Source: a virus. Taken from it: a stretch of DNA of 39,822 nucleotides. The notes beneath the pieces were generated by a model. It did not search any database. It had not been told where the DNA came from and saw only the letters and a program-made list of their open reading frames with translations. Below, piece after piece: positions 37,806 to 39,822 of the stretch (the first letter of the stretch is position 1; each line of letters opens with the position of its first letter). The stretch lies in UHGV virus genome UHGV-0171730; one strand, given 5' to 3'. Both the position numbers and the translations under genes were made by a program.

Positions 37806-37966
37806 TGCTCTGCCTCAGGTCACTAATACTATCTAAGTAGTTGATTCATAGTGACTGGATATGTTGTGTTTTGTAGTATTATGCAGTCTATTATTTAGAC
37901 TAAATCCTTCATAACATATTGATATTTACAGTGTTTTCTGTTTCTCGTTCAGCTTTTTTATACTAA
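37800..37966 (+). other. attR: lambda-type P arm plus 15-bp core GCTTTTTTATACTAA (37952-37966)
   Basis: P arm matches lambda attP left arm as remembered; core followed by CTTGAGCGAAACGGGAAGG, the E. coli attB right arm. Confidence 0.85.
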
Positions 37967-38056
37967 CTTGAGCGAAACGGGAAGGTAAAAAGACAAAAAG
38001 TTGTTTTTAATACCTTTAAGTGATACCAGATGGCATTGCGCCATCTGGCAGAGTGA

Positions 38057-38533
38057 TTAACTAAACATCGCAGTAATCGAGGCACTCGCCAGAGAGTGAA
38101 AATGAACGTTAAACCCGACCATCGCGCCGCTGGCACCTTCATCGACATCAATACGTTCTACATCCAGCGCGTGAACGGTAAAAATGTAGCGATGGGTTTC
38201 GCCTTTCGGCGGCGCTGCGCCATCGTACCCGGTTTTACCAAAGTCGGTACGCGTCTGCAAAACGCCGTCTGGCATAGCTACCAGACCAGAGCCAAACCCT
38301 TGCGGTAATACGCGGGTATCAGCGGGTAAATTAACAACTACCCAGTGCCACCAGCCGGAGCCGGTTGGCGCATCCGGGTCATAGCAGGTGACAACAAAAC
38401 TTTTCGTTCCCACAGGAACATCATCCCACGCCAGATGCGGTGAAATATTATCGCCATCGTAACCCATGCCGTTAAAGACATGACGATGCGGCAGCTTATC
38501 GCCATCGCGCAGATCGTTACTGATGAGTTTCAT
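38057..38533 (-). CDS. ybhB: YbhB, PEBP-family protein (host gene flanking att-lambda)
   Basis: 158 aa, PEBP-like motifs; lies immediately outside the att core as in E. coli. Confidence 0.8.
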   Translation of the reverse strand: MKLISNDLRDGDKLPHRHVFNGMGYDGDNISPHLAWDDVPVGTKSFVVTCYDPDAPTGSGWWHWVVVNLPADTRVLPQGFGSGLVAMPDGVLQTRTDFGKTGYDGAAPPKGETHRYIFTVHALDVERIDVDEGASGAMVGFNVHFHSLASASITAMFS

Positions 38534-38641
38534 TAGAATGCCTCCGGGAAACCTCGGCCTTCAGACCGGGGAGGAAAGGAGGCGGTTTTCCGACTAACTG
38601 TACTTTGCATAATCACATTTTCCTCTTTAGTATGTGAACAC

Positions 38642-39772
38642 ATGAAACGCGCATATAAATACCGGTTTTACCCGACAACTGAGCAGGCTGAGCTTTTAGC
38701 TCAGACGTTTGGCTGTGTGCGCTTCGTCTACAATTCCATCCTTCGTTGGCGTACCGATGCGTACTACGAGCGAAAAGAAAAGATCGGTTATCTACAGGCC
38801 AACGCTCGCCTTACGGCGCTCAAAAAAGAGCCTGAATACATATGGCTGAATGATGTTTCCTGCGTTCCCCTCCAGCAGTCGTTGCGCCACCAACAAGCCG
38901 CCTTTGCTAACTTCTTTGCCGGACGAGCTGCATATCCGGCTTTCAAAAGCAAACGGCACAAACAGGTGGCTGAGTTCACTGCCAGCGCGTTTAAACACCG
39001 TGACGGCGAGTTGTATATAGCAAAGAGCAAGTCGCCGCTGGATGTTCGCTGGAGTCGAGAATTACCATCTGCGCCGTCAACCGTTACCATTTCCAGAGAT
39101 AGCGCTGGCAGGTACTTTGTTTCCTGCCTGTGTGAGTTTGAACCTGTATCAATGCCTGTTACCGCTAAAACGGTCGGCATTGATGTGGGCTTAAAAGATT
39201 TATTCGTCACCGATACCGGATTCAAAACCGACAATCCCCGCCACACCGCTAAATATGCGAAGCGATTAACGCTGCTACAGCGACGTTTAAGCAGGAAGCA
39301 AAAAGGCTCAAGAAACCGTATTAAAGCCCGCTTAAAGGTCGCCCGACTCCACGCGAAAATCGCCGATTGCCGGATGGACAATCTGCACAAGTTGTCCCGC
39401 AAACTGATTAACGAAAACCAAGTTGTTTGCGTCGAATCCCTCAAGGTGAAAAACATGATCCGCAACCCGAAGCTGTCTAAAGCAATAGCTGACGCAGGCT
39501 GGAGCGAACTTGTTCGCCAGCTCCAGTACAAAGGCAAATGGGCCGGGCGGTCAGTGGTCGCCATTGACCAGTATTTACCGTCCTCAAAATGCTGTAGTTG
39601 CTGCGGTTTCACCATGCAAAAAATGCCTCTTAATGTTCGTAAATGGCACTGCCCTGAATGCGGCGCAGACCATGATCGCGACATTAACGCGGCACGTAAT
39701 ATTAAAGCTGCCGGGCTGGCAGTGTTAGCCCACGGAGAGCCTGTAAACCCTGAATCGCAGCACGCGGCTTAG
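38642..39772 (+). CDS. tnpB: IS200/IS605-family TnpB (RuvC-like RNA-guided nuclease)
   Basis: RuvC-I GIDVGLKD, catalytic E in CVESLKVKN, Zn finger CxxC...CxxC, RuvC-III DHDRDINAARNI; no tnpA in window. Confidence 0.85.
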   Translation: MKRAYKYRFYPTTEQAELLAQTFGCVRFVYNSILRWRTDAYYERKEKIGYLQANARLTALKKEPEYIWLNDVSCVPLQQSLRHQQAAFANFFAGRAAYPAFKSKRHKQVAEFTASAFKHRDGELYIAKSKSPLDVRWSRELPSAPSTVTISRDSAGRYFVSCLCEFEPVSMPVTAKTVGIDVGLKDLFVTDTGFKTDNPRHTAKYAKRLTLLQRRLSRKQKGSRNRIKARLKVARLHAKIADCRMDNLHKLSRKLINENQVVCVESLKVKNMIRNPKLSKAIADAGWSELVRQLQYKGKWAGRSVVAIDQYLPSSKCCSCCGFTMQKMPLNVRKWHCPECGADHDRDINAARNIKAAGLAVLAHGEPVNPESQHAA

Positions 39773-39822
39773 GTTCGGCTCGTTGAAGTGGGAATCCCCG
39801 TCATTCAGGGCGGAGAGCCGTC

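Larger units (their letters stand above)
1..37966. mobile_element. lambdoid prophage, right ~38 kb (left end with int lies outside the window)
   Basis: Continuous phage gene order from pL operon to tailspike, ending at lambda-type att core at 37952-37966; host ybhB follows. Confidence 0.85.

Noticed and set aside
38020-38047. Perfect 9-bp inverted repeat CCAGATGGC-ATTGC-GCCATCTGG downstream of ybhB
   Set aside because: No adjacent U-run on either strand, so not a canonical intrinsic terminator; probably a host REP-like hairpin
1-39822. Search for CRISPR arrays, rRNA, or long direct repeats
   Set aside because: No regularly spaced direct repeats with unique spacers and no rRNA-like sequence seen; the only iterated elements are the ori-lambda iterons and short operator motifs

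Overview
This window is almost entirely a lambdoid mosaic prophage (about 1..37966) whose right end is a lambda-type attR, followed by host ybhB and a solo IS200/IS605-family tnpB. The most interesting feature is an AT-rich two-gene cassette of unknown function sitting in the rexAB slot immediately downstream of cI (4868..6174), which I propose as a candidate lysogen-expressed anti-phage system. Gene order on the phage: minus-strand early-left operon (Sak4-like ATPase, DUF669-like protein, kil, cIII, ea10-like, ral-like, N) with sieB on the opposite strand; immunity region (cI with a lambda-type C-terminal domain but a different DNA-binding domain, cro, cII); lambda O with ori iterons, P and ren; nin region (NinB, Dam-like methyltransferase, NinE, NinF, RusA) and a Q-like gene; phage-21-type lysis cassette (pinholin, SAR endolysin, Rz/Rz1); P22-like head and tail genes interrupted by an HNH endonuclease; a P22 immI-like region (mnt, arc, ant) with extra genes; and an endosialidase-type tailspike. 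Other accessory loci worth a look are an mnt-coupled ClpP-like gene, a divergent gene pair with four alternating 11-bp sites, and an antisense two-gene insert before the terminase. All protein assignments rest on reading the translations against remembered reference phage proteins and motifs; no database search was run. No CRISPR array, rRNA or intact tRNA was seen.
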